From Octopus bimaculoides (taxonomy: Eukaryota), in the NCBI RefSeq assembly GCF_001194135.2, contig NC_068998.1:43150497-43214496 (forward strand): a stretch of 64,000 nt of DNA, given 5' to 3'. This document shows, in pieces, positions 1 to 13,000 of this stretch. Positions within the stretch are counted from its first letter, which is position 1; the number at the start of each line of letters is the position of its first letter. The position numbers were made by a program, and so were the translations under genes. Below the pieces are notes generated by a model that saw only the letters and a program-made list of their open reading frames with translations, had not been told where the DNA came from and did no database searches.

Positions 1-837
1 AAATTTACTTTTTTTATTTGATATCTAATTCCATTCCCTCCACCCTGATTTAAAAAAAAAAGAAGAGAGCGAATAAGAATAAACTTTAAATGGTTTGGAA
101 GCAACAAGCTTCGGTAAATTTTGGCATATAGTTTGAAGATATTGCCTGGAGAATTCTTGATATTTGCTGTAAAGAAATAAAGAATAAATTTTTTTTAAAT
201 ATCAATGAAAGAAATATTTAAGAAAGGATAATCTATTTATAGAAAATAACATATTGAAAAATGTTTAGTTTCATAATCAGATCTGTTAAATGAAGCAGCA
301 GTGCCTGATATTCTGGTTCCAAATTCTTCTGTATGGTACAGGTCTTTGAATAATGGTCTGCTTGATGCAAAAGACACCATCATTAAAGAAAAATTCTAAA
401 TGTTTTGGTGTCTTTTAAAGAATTATGCTGGTTTTGTAGAAATAATTATCTACTTTGCTGTATTGTAGGGTGATATTAAGGAAGTTTAGCTGCTATTTTT
501 AGCAAGTGAAGCAGCTATATAGAGCAAGGGTTTCAAATATAGCCTGTGTGCCAGATCCAGTTGATAACAATGTTTAATCCAGCACCTGGATCAATGTTAT
601 ATAAAAAAAAACATTATGAATTATCAACTTTTAAGTCTGAAATATTCCCTATATTGCGTACATTTAGCATGCATTCAAAGCCAAAGCCGAATTACAGAGG
701 ATTAGCACCAATTCGAATTGGTTAAATCAGTGATTCTGAAGGAATCTTTTGCGCTTTTTTCGACAATTGGGAAAGATGCTTAAAAATCCATATCGTCAAA
801 GATGTTACTTATTTCCCCTTTACTTTCACTGTACAAA

Positions 838-962
838 CTAAGCCAAGTCAAATTGTTTTTCATATAAAATCCATGCATGCATTCCACTAATATAAATAAT
901 ACTGGATGGCTGTGTCTCTAAAACAGAGGAGGCTTTCTGTTTAGCATTGGTCTTCTCAGGAA
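838..962 (-). CDS. Candidate downstream or terminal exon
   Basis: Acceptor tttctttctccgatttcacatacag|TT at 963. The phase-1 frame (V)PEKTNAKQKASSVLETQPSSIIYISGMHAWILYEKQFDLA* is the longest open frame from this acceptor. A weaker internal donor (gtatta) is possible after 60 nt. Confidence 0.3.
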
Positions 963-1992
963 CTGTATGTGAAATCGGAGAAAGAAATAGTCATTTGAAT
1001 AATTCCAATCTTTGATCTCACTATTTTCATTGAACTGTACACACACACACACAAATACGTATATNNNNNNNNNNNNNNNNNNNNNNNNNNNNNNNNNNNN
1101 NNNNNNNNNNNNNNTATATATATATATATATGGAAAAAAGACAAAGTAGAAAATGCTAAAATACTTTTATAAAAAACATTTCAATACCGGTTTCGATCCT
1201 TGAGATCTTTTCAACAGTAAATATGGATAACAAATTTTGGAGAAATTAAATTTTGGCAAATTTAAATGAAAAGTCTTTTTAAAAACATATTTGTGTAGTA
1301 TTCAAATACCAGGGGCATTTTCCTTGTTTGAATCTGAACTCAGAACGTAGCAGCTGACAAAATACCGCTAAGCATTTCGCCTGGCGCTCTAATGATTCTG
1401 CCATCTCACTGCCTTTTATTCTGTGTATATATTAAATGTATCATCTCAAACATGAGAATAATAGTCCTGGGTCACTGAGAACCTTCCACAGGATAAGTGA
1501 GAAATTAATTTCAATTCCTTAGCTTTCACTGGCAGTGAGTGGTTAGTAGTCTAACCCTAAAACTTCCACCTCATATGGCAAGTCTTGCACTTATATGTTG
1601 TGCATATGTTGTGTGCATGTATTGAGTACATGCCAATTGTTTTGAGTGTTGTGTTGGACTTTGTTTATTAAATACAAGAGATGATGCTTTGATAATGAGC
1701 CAAACTGCAACAGTTTATTTTTCAACAAATATCTGAATGTTTTTCAATCAAATTTTGAAAAGTGAAAAGAAAAACAATTGTGATTATTAGTTTTGCAAGG
1801 TGAGAAAAACTAACATTTTATGTCTCTTCATTCTTCTCAACCATTTCTTTTTTTATAAAAAAAACAAAAAAACTTCATTTAATAATTTCATAACTGCTTG
1901 AATTAATGTTCATCATATTTTAAATGTCTTGCATTTAATCTTTGCAAAGGGAATCCATGAAGTAATATTTAAGACTTCTAAGAAGCGAATAG

Positions 1993-2036
<44 letters not shown>

Positions 2037-3069
2037 CATTATTATTATTATTATTATTAACAATATTGTTGTTGTTATTATTAAAGCTGAATGTTCATAG
2101 AATTTACTGGAATGAATTTCATGGCACACCATTTTTGAGTAAGCTACAATGTTATGTAATGTAATTTTATTCAAAAAGATGAAAATTTCTTCTTTCCGAA
2201 TTTTTATTAGACATTTTATTTTCGAAATTTTTTTTTCTATTTCTTTCACAATTTTTTTCTTTTTGTTATGTATGATGTTCATGCTAGCTTCAAATATTCC
2301 AGGGAACTATATGAACCTCTTTCTAAGCTTATTAACTGATAACATGAATTTATTAATTTTTTTTTAGTTTCTGTTTTTGTTGTCTTTTCCCTTAAATATT
2401 TTTCATTTTGTTATACAAAAAAAAAATGCAATTTTACTTTGAAATTGAAAATGATGATGCTGAAGAAGCTACTGCTGCCAGTATTGTTGGTGGTGATTAT
2501 GATGATGTAGGAAGAAAGGGTGGTGGTGGAGGGGGGTGCTGATGTGGTAGTGGAGAAACTTTTTTTTTTATTTTAAATTTTATTTGGAAAAGCGGAGTTT
2601 CAGGTTGGATTAATTTAATATTTATGTAACTTGACTTAAATAGCTAAATCTGTTGAGCATATATATACTCATACATACATACATACGTACATATATATGA
2701 ATAAGAATATATATATGTAAATATATATATATAGATAGATATATAGTTATAGATATATAAATTTATATAGATATATAAATTTATANNNNNNNNNNNNNNN
2801 NNNNNNNNNNNNNNNNNNNNNNNNNNNNNNNNNNNNNNNNNNNNNNNNNNNNNNNNNNNNNNNNNNNNNNNNNNNNNNNNNNNNNNNNNNNNNNNNNNNN
2901 NNNNNNNNNNNNNNNNNNNNNNNNNNNNNNNNNNTATATATATAAATATGTGTATATATATTTATATATCTATATATATATATACATATATACACACACA
3001 CACACACATATATACATATATATATAAATATAAATATATAAATATATATATATAGATATATAAATATAA

Positions 3070-3112
<43 letters not shown>

Positions 3113-3842
3113 CCCGTATATATTTGAGTGTCTATATAGATATGTGTATGTATATAAACATAAATGTATGTATGTATTTACATACATATATATATATATA
3201 TATATATGTATATGTGTGTGTGTGTGTATGCACTTGTATGTGTATGTATCTGAGTTTGTTCCCCACCACCATTGTCACTTGATGACTTATGTAGGTGTGT
3301 TTACATCCCTGTAGCCTAGCAGTTCAGCAAAATAGAGCGATAGAGTAAGTACTAGGCTTACAAATGAAAAGCCCTGGGGTCGATCTCTTTCACTAGAAAC
3401 CCTTTATGGTGGTGCTGTAGCATGGCCACAGTCAAATGACTAAAGCAAATAAAGAATAGAAGAATAAACTCATATAATGTTTGGCCTTGTGAGTGTATAT
3501 TTCTTACATAGAAACTGAAAGAAGCCCATCAAATATGTATATGCACGTGTGTGTTTATTCCTCCTTGTCTAGGCATTGTGGGATATTTCTAAATGAGATT
3601 TAGAATATTATCATCATACATGTTGCATCATTTCTTGAAACGATTCCATGAAGACATGTCAAGCCAGTAGGAATTACCTTGCTTGGAAACAAGTAAATTT
3701 TATTTCAGGATGAGTTGCCAGTCACAGAGAATATGTCTCAATGAATTTTATCTGACCCATGAGAGCATAGAAAAATGGATGTTAAATGATACTAGTGATG
3801 AGTGGGAATGCTTCTGTCAATTTTGCTTGAGAAACTAAAGTT

Positions 3843-4083
3843 ATGACACTATTTACATTATTTACATTGGATGGATATGTGTCCACATCTTGTTTGTTGT
3901 TACCACAGCATCTCGCCTGATTTACCCTCCAGCCTTTATCAGGTGTCCTGGTAGAAGTTTGAACCCCACCCTGGGTTCTCATTCCTAAGGCATTTTTTGA
4001 TGATGCTATGATTATTATCATTATTATTATTATCATTATTATTATTATTATTATTATTGTTTATTCAAGGGAATGCCTGAAAT

Positions 4084-4128
<45 letters not shown>

Positions 4129-4335
4129 GCAACAATAGTAATAATAATAATAATCATAGCATCAGCAAAAATTACCTTAGGAATGAGAACCCAGTGTTGG
4201 GTTCAAAATTCTATCAGGACACCTGATGAAGGCTGGAGAGTAAATCAACTGAAACACTGTGGTAACAAGATGTGGACACATATCTGTCCAATGTAATTAA
4301 TGTACAGAATTCCTCATCTCTAAAATATAGAATAA
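3843..4335. mobile_element. Inverted (head-to-head) pair of hammerhead-bearing pLTR-like repeats around (ATT)n/(AAT)n
   Basis: About 3843-4000 is the reverse complement of about 4160-4335 (shared ccttaggaatgagaaccc...ggacacctgat...gtggacacatatc...atgtaa). The same unit recurs at about 51075-51260, and its tail at about 52490-52555. Confidence 0.7.
4217..4262 (+). ncRNA. Degenerate hammerhead motif of the (AAT)n-associated repeat family
   Basis: GACAC-CTGATGA-A-GGCTG...CAACT-GAAAC-ACTGTG. Sister copies lie at 3902-3947 (-) and 51126-51170 (+). Confidence 0.45.
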
Positions 4336-4399
4336 TACAAAACAATGGCATTAGTAAACAAAGCTCTCAAAAGTTCTTTAATGGTTATGATAAAATAGA

Positions 4400-4736
4400 T
4401 GACTTTATCTAGGGAATTAGTCCATGGGAATCTGAAGCCTCTGCTGCAGACAGATCAGCATGGAGATCTCTCAGCTCATGAGCAACAGGTGCCTTTGAAG
4501 AGAACCGGTGAAAGTGTCTCGATGTTGCAAGGGAAAGACATCCCAGGGCAGCAGGTGCTTTCGAAGAGGACCAGTACTAGCGTCTCACAGCATCCACTTC
4601 ATTCCAGTCAACAGACTATCGTTGTAACATCTGTGGATGCCTGTGCGCTCCCTGCTTTGGACTGCAGACTCACATTCTCTGTCATTACCGGGAACTCAGA
4701 TTTTGTAATCATCAGACACCGATGGACTACCAACAT
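4400..4736 (+). mobile_element. Degenerate RTE-clade LINE 3' fragment
   Basis: A frame other than the listed ORF reads WESEASAADRSAWRS...YRCNICGCLCAPCFGLQTH with in-frame stops. RTE-like 3' end gatggactaccaac. Confidence 0.75.
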
Positions 4737-4785
4737 CTAGGGCAAGAGTGTGAGATTTATGTAGTATCTGAGTAAAATCCTATAC

Positions 4786-5192
4786 AGGCGTAGGAGTGAC
4801 TGTGTGGCAAGTAGCTTGCTTACGAACCACATGGTTCCGAGTTCAGTCCCACTGCATGGCACCTTGGGCAAGTGTCTTCAACTATAGCCTCGGGCCGACC
4901 AAAGCCTTGTAAGTGGATTTGGTAGACAGAAACGGAAAGAAGCCTGTCATATATATGTATATATACATATGTATGTGTGTGTATATGTTTGTGTGTCTGT
5001 GTCCCCACCAACATCGCTTGACAACTGATGCTCGTGTGTTTACGTACCCATAACTTAGCGGTTCAGCAAAAGTGACCGATAGAATAAGTATTACACTTAC
5101 AAAGAATAAGTCCTGGGGTCGATTTGCTCGACTTAAGGTGGTGCTCCAGCATGGCCACAGTCAAATGACTGAAACAAGTAAAAGAGTTAAAG
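4786..5192 (+). mobile_element. SINE family A (most abundant; internal (TA/TG)n, GAGTAAAA tail), full length
   Basis: gtagcttgcttacgaaccac...ccttgggcaagtgtctt...gctccagcatggccacagtcaaatgactgaaacaagtaaaagag. Partial copies at about 3250-3455, 12322-12480, 18067-18320, 22300-22465, 28270-28490, 29655-29790, 30225-30900, 36190-36600, 46215-46700, 49130-49280 and 50730-50895. Confidence 0.9.
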
Positions 5193-6032
5193 AAAGGTTG
5201 AATCTATGCTGAGAAAAATATTGAATCTTTAATTTTAGAAATTCGTATTTATTAAATCTATATTAAATATTTAACTTGTATTATTCATTTGGAATTAAGC
5301 TCTAAGATTTCTTTTCAATATGAATTTTTAGGGAACTTTGCTAGTGAGTAATTTAAATTTTTATGCGGATTAATTTTGCCAGTGAGGGTTTCCCCATATT
5401 TGATGTATGAGGTATACTATCAGCTTGATTAATTGATTGGTCTTCACTTCAGATATATTACAGATTAGATGTCATTTCTTTGTTTCGTCTCTGCCCCCTC
5501 CTCCCACTGTCTGTCTGTTTCCCTCCCCTTTTTTTCATTCTCTCACTCTGTGGATAGTTCTCAAAGCTCACAAATCTATTACTTGTCAGCAATAAGTTTG
5601 CCATTGTGTTTCGAAATATAAATTGTGATGGACTGGTATACTATACAGACAGATATCTATATCACATTTGTTTAAAACCATAAAATCAGCAAGCTATTAA
5701 AGGAATTGCTATTTTGTCATACATCTTTGTAAGTCTAAGCAATAACACTACCACGAACGCAAACAGCATCAAATAAGACAGGAATAGTAGCAAATCTCTT
5801 TTAAATCAAAACCTGTTTTTAAAGAGGAAGAACACATTAGATGATGTAGTGAAGCAACACCGTTTTGGAATAAAAGATATAACAAGAATATATTGCAAAA
5901 TCAAATCTCATTTGGAGCTAATCAGGGAAGACATCAAAACCACATAGCATTTATGGTATAATTGAGAAATGAACTTCAACTGAAAACTCAAACCAAGGCG
6001 CAACCATACTGTCTTCCCTTTTTATTCTATAC

Positions 6033-6696
6033 CAGTGGTTCTCAATCGAGATCCATATGGCCCTGGGGGTGGGGGTCCATGTAAGATTTTAGTGGTAAAA
6101 TTTATCTGCAATAAATTGGTTATACATCTACAATACACAAAATATTGTAATTTTTTTAACAAAATTCCTAATAATGTTGTTAGCACTCCGTCGCTTATGA
6201 CAACGAGGGTTTCAGTTGATCTGATCAACAGAACAGCCTGCTCGTGAAATTAATGTGCAAGTGGTTGAGCACTCCACAGACACGTGTACCCCTTAACGTA
6301 GTTCTCAGGGATATTCAGCGTGACACAGAATGTTACAAGGCTGACTCTTTGAATTACAAGCACAACAGAATTAGGAAGTAAGAGTGAGAGAAAGTTGTGG
6401 TGAAAGAGTACAGCAGGGTTCACCACCATCCCCTGCCGGAGCCTTGTGGAGCTTTTAGGTGTTTTCACTCAATAAACACTCACAAAGTCCGGTCTGGGAA
6501 TCGAAACCGCGATCCTATGACCGCGAGTCTGCTGCCCTAACCACTGGGCCATTGTGCCTCCACTCCTAATAATATTTAATTATATAAAAAAAAAACAGCA
6601 TGATTTTTGTTATACATATCGAATGGCTATGGAGGTCCAGTAGCATAAAATAGAAATAAAAGGGTTCCGTAGCTAAAAAATGGTTAAGCACCACTG
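6033..6696. mobile_element. Old hAT/Charlie-like MITE with a SINE inserted
   Basis: CAGTGGTTCTCAA at 6033 and ggttaagcaccactg ending at 6696. No TSD retained. Confidence 0.55.
6176..6563 (-). mobile_element. tRNA(Arg)-headed SINE, full length (OR-like)
   Basis: Head ggaggcacaatggcccagtggttagggcagcagactcgcgg...ggtttcgattccc with A and B boxes; (AAC) tail; 10-bp TSD TCCTAATAAT at 6166-6175 and 6564-6573. Confidence 0.9.
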
Positions 6697-6739
6697 TCCC
6701 CCACCATTTCCTCTTGGTTATTAATTACAGTAAGTGAAT

Positions 6740-7060
6740 ATATGGGTCCAAGTGGTTAAGGTGTCTGGCTCGCGATCATAAGGTCATGAGTTTGATACCT
6801 AGCAATACATTGTGTCCTTCAGCAAGACACTTCATTACATGTTGCTCCCACTCCACCCAGCGGGCAGCATTGAGTTTTACCTGTAATTGAAAAGGGCCAG
6901 CCTTGTCACAATCTGTGTCACACTGAATCTCCCTGAGAACTACATTAGGAATACACATGTCCGTAGAGTGCTTAACCACTTGTATGTTAATTTCATGGGT
7001 GGGCTGTTCCATTGATTGAATCAATTGGAACCCTCCTCATCGTAACCCACAGAGTTGGTT
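6740..7060 (+). mobile_element. Diverged tRNA-derived SINE related to 6176-6563
   Basis: Degenerate head and shared 3' body (cagccttgtcac...gagaactac...gaaccctc). Confidence 0.7.
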
Positions 7061-7690
7061 ATTTTGCTTCTTAATCAAAGTAAGAATTTGTGGGGAAAAT
7101 AATACTGAATGTCCGAAAATAAAAGCCAAGCTAGTACCTCAACCACGATTCATTAAGTGCTTTCCACAGAGCAGCTTAGAAATAGAATATCTGATAAGTA
7201 TGGCAATAACACATAGATATCTGAAATTAACTTTATATATGGATATATTTGTAGTGTTGTTATCGAACAATATTAGCATTATAACCACCATATTGAGATA
7301 TATATCTGAAAGATGGAGATCTCATAAATAAAGCATTTATATCCTCCGTACAAAGATGTAGATCTTAATATCATAAGAGCAATAACTCTTATACAGAGAT
7401 ATGGATCTTATAGATACAGCAGTTATGACTACCATACAGGGGCGTATGGTTGATAAATGCAGGAGTTATGATCTCTGTCAGAGATATAGAATTGCTAAAC
7501 ATAACAGTTATAACGTCTGTCAGGTGATATGAATCCAGCAAGCACAGGAATGGAATTTTAACATTGTTATTATTGTTGTCTAGAACCAGTTAGCTTAAGT
7601 AAAGCTGGGTTTTTTTTTGGACTTAGATTGTCAACCAAATATTTGGGTGTAATCTATTAGCACAATGCTCTAGTAATATTGCTCTTTCAT

Positions 7691-8460
7691 CTAGTTGAGG
7701 CTCACACAGTGTTTTACGAAGACAGGAGCTGTGCCAAATGTGGCTGTGCTATAATGGATCCTTGCAGGACTTCAATTGGATAATTGAATTTCCTGTATGC
7801 ATTGTATATTGCAAAGGCATAGTAACTTGAAAAATTTGGAGCGATCTATTAGTGCAGGGCTTTAGTCATACTGTTTTTCCACCTAGCTGAGGTTTTCACT
7901 ATGTTTGTGAAGACAGGAGTTATGTCAAAAGTGGTCATACTATAATGGATCCTTGTAGTACTTCATGTTTCTTTATTGCCCACAAGGGACTAAACATAGA
8001 AGGGACAAACAAGGGCATTAAGTCGACTACATCGACCCCAGTGCGTAACTGATAGTTAATTTATCGACCCCGAAAGGATGAAAGGCAAAGTCGACCTCAG
8101 TGGAATTTGAACTCAGAACGTAATGGCAGACGAAATACTGCTAAACATTTCGCCCGGCGTGCTAACGATTCTGCCAACTCGCCGCCTTGCAGTACTTCAG
8201 TTGGATAATTATAGTTCCTCTATGCACTGTATATTGCAAAGGTCTAGTAACTTGAAAGATTTGGGTGCGATCTATCAATGCAGGGCTCTAATCCTTGTTT
8301 TTCCATCTAGCTGAGGTTTGCATTGTGTTTTATGAAAGCATGAGCTTAGCAAAAAGCAGTGGTGATATGATAGATCATTGATGTGCTTCATTTTGGCTAA
8401 TTATAATTCTTCCATGTATCATATATTGCAAAGGCTTAATAGCTTGAAAGATTTCTCGAC
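7691..8460. repeat. Diverged ~190-bp tandem repeat, at least 3 units, interrupted by SINE B
   Basis: ctag(t/c)tgagg starts at 7691, 7883 and 8307 (spacing 192, and 190 after removing the 234-bp insertion). Confidence 0.8.
7966..8185 (-). mobile_element. SINE family B, full length with TSD
   Basis: ggcggcgagttggcagaa...gttctgagttcaaattcc...gggcaataaagaaa; 14-bp TSD cttg(t/c)agtacttca at 7952-7965 and 8186-8199. Partial copies at about 1310-1412, 12160-12310, 37960-38105, 39392-39485 and 58995-59420. Confidence 0.9.
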
Positions 8461-9369
8461 AGCCAATGTTTTATGCTGTTTAATGTTTAGCATTTTTTAT
8501 ATGTCAGTAACGGATAATGGCATGAAAATTCTCTATTGATCATACTTATACTAGAAAATGTTGGTAAATGCTGGAGAAGTTTGAGAATCCAGTTCCAAAC
8601 TATCAATCTAGTTGTCTCATTCAATTTCAATTGTTGTTAGAACATTGCATGTTCTCTGTCAGACTTTATATATCAGTGCAGAAGTGAAATAAATCATCTG
8701 GTCATATATACTTGGGGATTAGTATATGAGAAAAATTAGGTAAAACAGCAGCAGAGCATAGGAGTTAATTCTATATAAGAAAACATTTCTAGTTCTAAAG
8801 ATTCTAGACTCTATGGCATGTTGTGTAATCTTTCCAAAATATCTTAAGGAAAATCTAGGTAATGAGCATTACACAGAAAATTTTTAATCTACGACCTAAA
8901 TTTTTATAGTGCTAAGCATCATCTTCATCATCATCCTCCTCATCATCATCATCATCCTCATCATCATCATCATCATCATCCTCATCATCATCATCATCAA
9001 TATATTTACCTATTATTTATTCTTGTATTTATCATTAAACATGAGATGGTGCTGGACGAGTAAATAGTGGAAGAGTTCTACTGTTTAGCTATGATCGTTT
9101 AAATTCTAAGTTCAAACCATGCTAAGTGTAAGCATTTGACTTTTATCCCTTTTTTTCTCTTTTGGCAATTAAATATCAGTCAAATTGTAGTGGCTGATTA
9201 AATTAGCTACCAGTTCTGATTCCGAAATTTCGAGGCTTATATTGAAGTAAAAAATTATCAACATCGACGGTAAATAACGATGAGGCTAAAGTGGTCTGCA
9301 ACGGAACACATATGGGGACAAACAAACTAAGATGCAATGGTTGGGATGTCTAAGTAATGCATCACTTAC

Positions 9370-9378
9370 CACGTGGGC
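9370..9378 (-). CDS. Candidate 9-nt microexon GCCCACGTG
   Basis: Minus strand reads ttttcccttttttttcgttctttatatgtctag|GCCCACGTG|gtaagtgat: long pyrimidine tract plus TAG, consensus GTAAGT donor, length divisible by 3. Confidence 0.5.
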
Positions 9379-9429
9379 CTAGACATATAAAGAACGAAAA
9401 AAAAGGGAAAATATAGAGACTAATTTCAA

Positions 9430-9768
9430 CCTGGCTCAGTGGTTAAAGCATCAGGCTTACAGCCATGAGGTAGTGAGTTCAATTCCTGGACTGGGAGGTG
9501 TGTTGTGTTCTTGGGCAAGACCCTTTATTTCACATCATTCCAGTTCACTCAGCTGTAAAAATGAGTTGTGGCATTACTGGTGCCTAGCTGCATTGGCCTT
9601 CGCCTTTCTCTTGGATAACATTGGTGGCGTGGAGAGAGGGAGCTGGGATGCATGGGCGACTACTGGTCTTTCTTAAACAACCTTGCCCGAACTTATACCT
9701 TGGATGGCAATTTTCTAGGATCAATTCCATGGTTATTCATGACCAAAGGGGTTCTATACCCCTTAAGC

Positions 9769-9775
<7 letters not shown>
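9430..9775 (+). mobile_element. tRNA-derived SINE (family D)
   Basis: ggctcagtggttaaagc...gagttcaattcc head; body shared with 20400-20735. Confidence 0.75.
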
Positions 9776-9811
<36 letters not shown>

Positions 9812-9931
9812 CATGTGTGTGTGTGTGTGTGTGTGTGAAGGTGCATGGGTCATTCATGACCGAAGGGGGTCTTTACCCTTTATGCGTGTGTNNNNNNNNN
9901 NTGACCGAAGGGGGTCTTTACCCTTTATGTG

Positions 9932-9976
<45 letters not shown>

Positions 9977-9979
9977 CCA

Positions 9980-10440
9980 TGCACTACATCTTGGCCAAGA
10001 AAACTTGGTGGAGCTCATCCCTCTCCATGCTTCACTAATTTCTACAGCTGAAGTGTTTTGCTCAAGAACACAATGGATCACCTGGTCCAGGGATCGAAAC
10101 CCCAATCTTACGGTCGTGAATCCCACATTCTAACCAATTAGTAACATGCCTCCACTACTGGTACTCATTTCTACAGCTGAGTAGATTGGAGCAACATGAA
10201 ATGAAGTGTTTTGCTCAAGAACACAACGGATCACCCGGTCCAGAGATTGAAACCCCAATCTTATGGTCATGAATCCGATATCCAAGCCACTAAGCGATGT
10301 GCCTCCACTAGTGGTCTTCATTTTTGCAGCTGAGTGGACTGGAGTAATGTAAAATCAAATATTTTGTTCCAGAACACAATGCATCGCCTGGTCCAGGGAT
10401 TGAAACCCCAATCATATGGCTGTGAGTCCACCGTAACAAC
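9980..10440 (-). mobile_element. Three tandem SINE 5' head fragments
   Basis: ctacagctga...gctcaagaacacaa...ccagggatcgaaaccc is repeated three times. Confidence 0.65.
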
Positions 10441-11340
10441 TAAGACACATGAATCCACATAGTTAAGATATAAAATCACAAATGTCTTTGGACTGTAGGG
10501 TGGGTTGCATAGATAAAGGGCTACAAGTACCTTTGAGGTATGGGACACACTACACTGATACAATGCCATAAATTTTGGTAGTCTATAGCTGAGCTGTACA
10601 GATACAAATTCTTTTGGGTGGTATGGTGGGTTGTACCGACAAAAGGTCACAAGTACCATTAAGGTATAGGGGGCACTGTGTAGACACATTGTAGCAAATT
10701 TCTGTAATTTATGTGTTGGTTGTGTAGATAAAAAAATTCTTTTGTGGGGTGGGGTTTAGTGAATTAAATTGAATTCAGTACTTGACTAATTAGTGATTTA
10801 TTAGCCCCCACTTTGCCCTGAAGATTTGAAAGGTGAACAGAATTCTGACAATTTGAATCCAAACACAATTCCAGCAAGACTTAAGCAATCAAATGCTTCT
10901 GAGAGTCAACCACCATAAAAACAACAATAACAACAACACTAAAGATTTCTTCAATTAAGAACAGTAAAACGTTGAAATATACAAAAAAAAAAAAGACAAA
11001 GAAAACAAGCAAGAAACAGCAGTGGATTTACTTCCTGTAAAGGGCCTTATACCTAGAGCAGGTCCGTGTAGCCATGACAATGAATCTACTCTAACTGTAC
11101 AGCTGTGTGATCAATAAATAACGACAGTTGGTCAGTGTCAGATTTAAGAAATTATATTTGTTTAAACGTTTTATGTATCTTAGAGTAAAGTAGATCTATT
11201 GAAATTTAATCTTTATTGATTGTCACTCCTTCAATTTGACTTTTATTATCTTGCTTATTATCATTATTATTATTATTATTACTATTATTATTATTATTAT
11301 TGTTATTATTTTTCTTGCATTTTAAACCCCCTTGACTTAC

Positions 11341-11487
11341 ATCCTTCTCTGCTGTTGTATGAAGAAGGGTGAGGTGTTCTTTCCAGATTATATAAGACTC
11401 GTATGCTGGAGGTTGAGGGCTGGGTTAGCGTTTCTGTTTTAAATCTCTTATAAACACAGCTGTGTGTACAGCTTTCTTGATGCAGCA
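11341..11487 (-). CDS. Candidate internal exon (147 nt, phase 1 to phase 1)
   Basis: Strong donor T|gtaagtc at 11340 and weaker acceptor ttttattttaaag at 11488. One open frame, LHQESCTHSCVYKRFKTETLTQPSTSSIRVLYNLERTPHPSSYNSREG, phase-compatible with 25308-25452. Could instead be a UTR exon. Confidence 0.35.
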
Positions 11488-12484
11488 CTTTAAAATAAAA
11501 CCAGGAGATGGGATTTTCATGTTGTCTTTTACTTCATATCGTTTCGTTTTCCCCTCTGATCATCAAGATCAAATCGTATGAAAAACAAAACAAAAACAAT
11601 TGTGAAAAAAAAAAAAATGAAGAAAGGAAGAAACTTTCACTGGCTTCTTCTGTCTTCACTTTGTCTTTTTTTCCCATTCTTATCATGAACCTCTTGACCT
11701 GTAGCTCTTTCGTGATGAAGTCAGTCAAGATTAATTAAACTGATAAGGCAATCAGAACATTGGCAATATTCCAAATTATCTAAACAAATTTCTTTTGACT
11801 GGACAATAACAGGACTCATTTATGTTGCGTGTATGTGTGTCTTTGTGTGTGTAAAAGAGAGAGAGGTTGGTGGAATATTGTGCTATTTAGTTTGGATTTT
11901 TCTTCAGGTTCCAGTCGAGTTTTACAAGTATCTTCAAGGTATAGGATGCACTACACAGACACAATGCTATAAATTGCCATAGATTTGCAGGGTCTTGTGT
12001 ACCTTTTCAGTGTGGAATTGGTGCTATAAAATGCAACGATTATCTTCTGTATAAAGTGGTAGACGTTAGGAAGGTACCCAGCTGTAGAAATCAAGCTGAA
12101 ATAGAATGAACAAGTGAGATGGTGCCCATAAATATGTATAAGTGGTCAGTAACATAAAATGAGACCCCAGTGTTTCACTGGTACTTAATTTATCGACCCT
12201 GAAAGGATGAAATGCAAAGATGACCTCAGCGGAATTTGAACTCAGAATATAGCGATAGGCGAAATACCAATAAGCATTTAGTCCAGCGTGCTAACAATTC
12301 TGCCAGTTCACATGGTAAGAAGTTTGCTCCCAAACTACTTGGTCCTAAGTTCAGTCCCACTGTGTGGCACCTTTGGCAAATGTCTTCAACAATAGCGTCA
12401 GGTCAACCAAAGCCTTATGAGTGGATTTGGCAGATGGAAACTGAAAGAAGCCTGTCATATATATGTATATACATACATATATAT

Positions 12485-13000
12485 CATCATCATCATCGTT
12501 TAACGTCTGCCTTCCATGCTGGCATGGGTTGGATGGTTTGACTGAGGACTGGTGAGCCAGAGGCTGCACCAGGCTCAATCTGATCTGGTAAAGTTTCTAC
12601 AGCTGGATGCCCTTCCTAATGCCAACCACTCCGAGAGTGTAGTGGGTGCTTTTACATGCTACTGGCACGAGCGCCAGTCAGGCGGTTCTGGCAACGACCA
12701 TGCTCAAAAGATGTTTTTACATGCTACCTGCACGGGAACCCACCTGGCAACACTGGCAACAACCACACTCAAATTTTGATTTTCACATGCCACCGGCACA
12801 TGTGCCCGTACGTCGATGCTGGTAATGGTGCTCGAATGGTGCTTTTCATGTGTCACTGGCATGGGAGCCAATCTATGGCCCTAGTAACAATCATGCTTGG
12901 ATGTGCTTCTAACTTTCCACTGGCACGAGTGCCAATCAGGCGGTACTGTCATCAGGCACATCAGCGATTTTGATTTTAATTTCACTTGCCTCAATAGCAT
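12485..13000 (-). mobile_element. Family C element; other copies at about 22468-22800, 37688-37900 and 38920-39290
   Basis: (CAT)n-cgtttaacgtc-ctttccatgc...ggatgcccttcctaa...ggtgcttttac followed by the ~65-bp units. Confidence 0.8.

Noticed and set aside
236-400. Short minus-strand frame MMVSFASSRPLFKDLYHTEEFG...
   Set aside because: No recognisable homology or convincing splice sites; may be UTR.
6480-6563. tRNA-Arg gene (also 34956-35035)
   Set aside because: The tRNA-like head continues into a shared ~300-bp body with tail and TSD, so it is a SINE.
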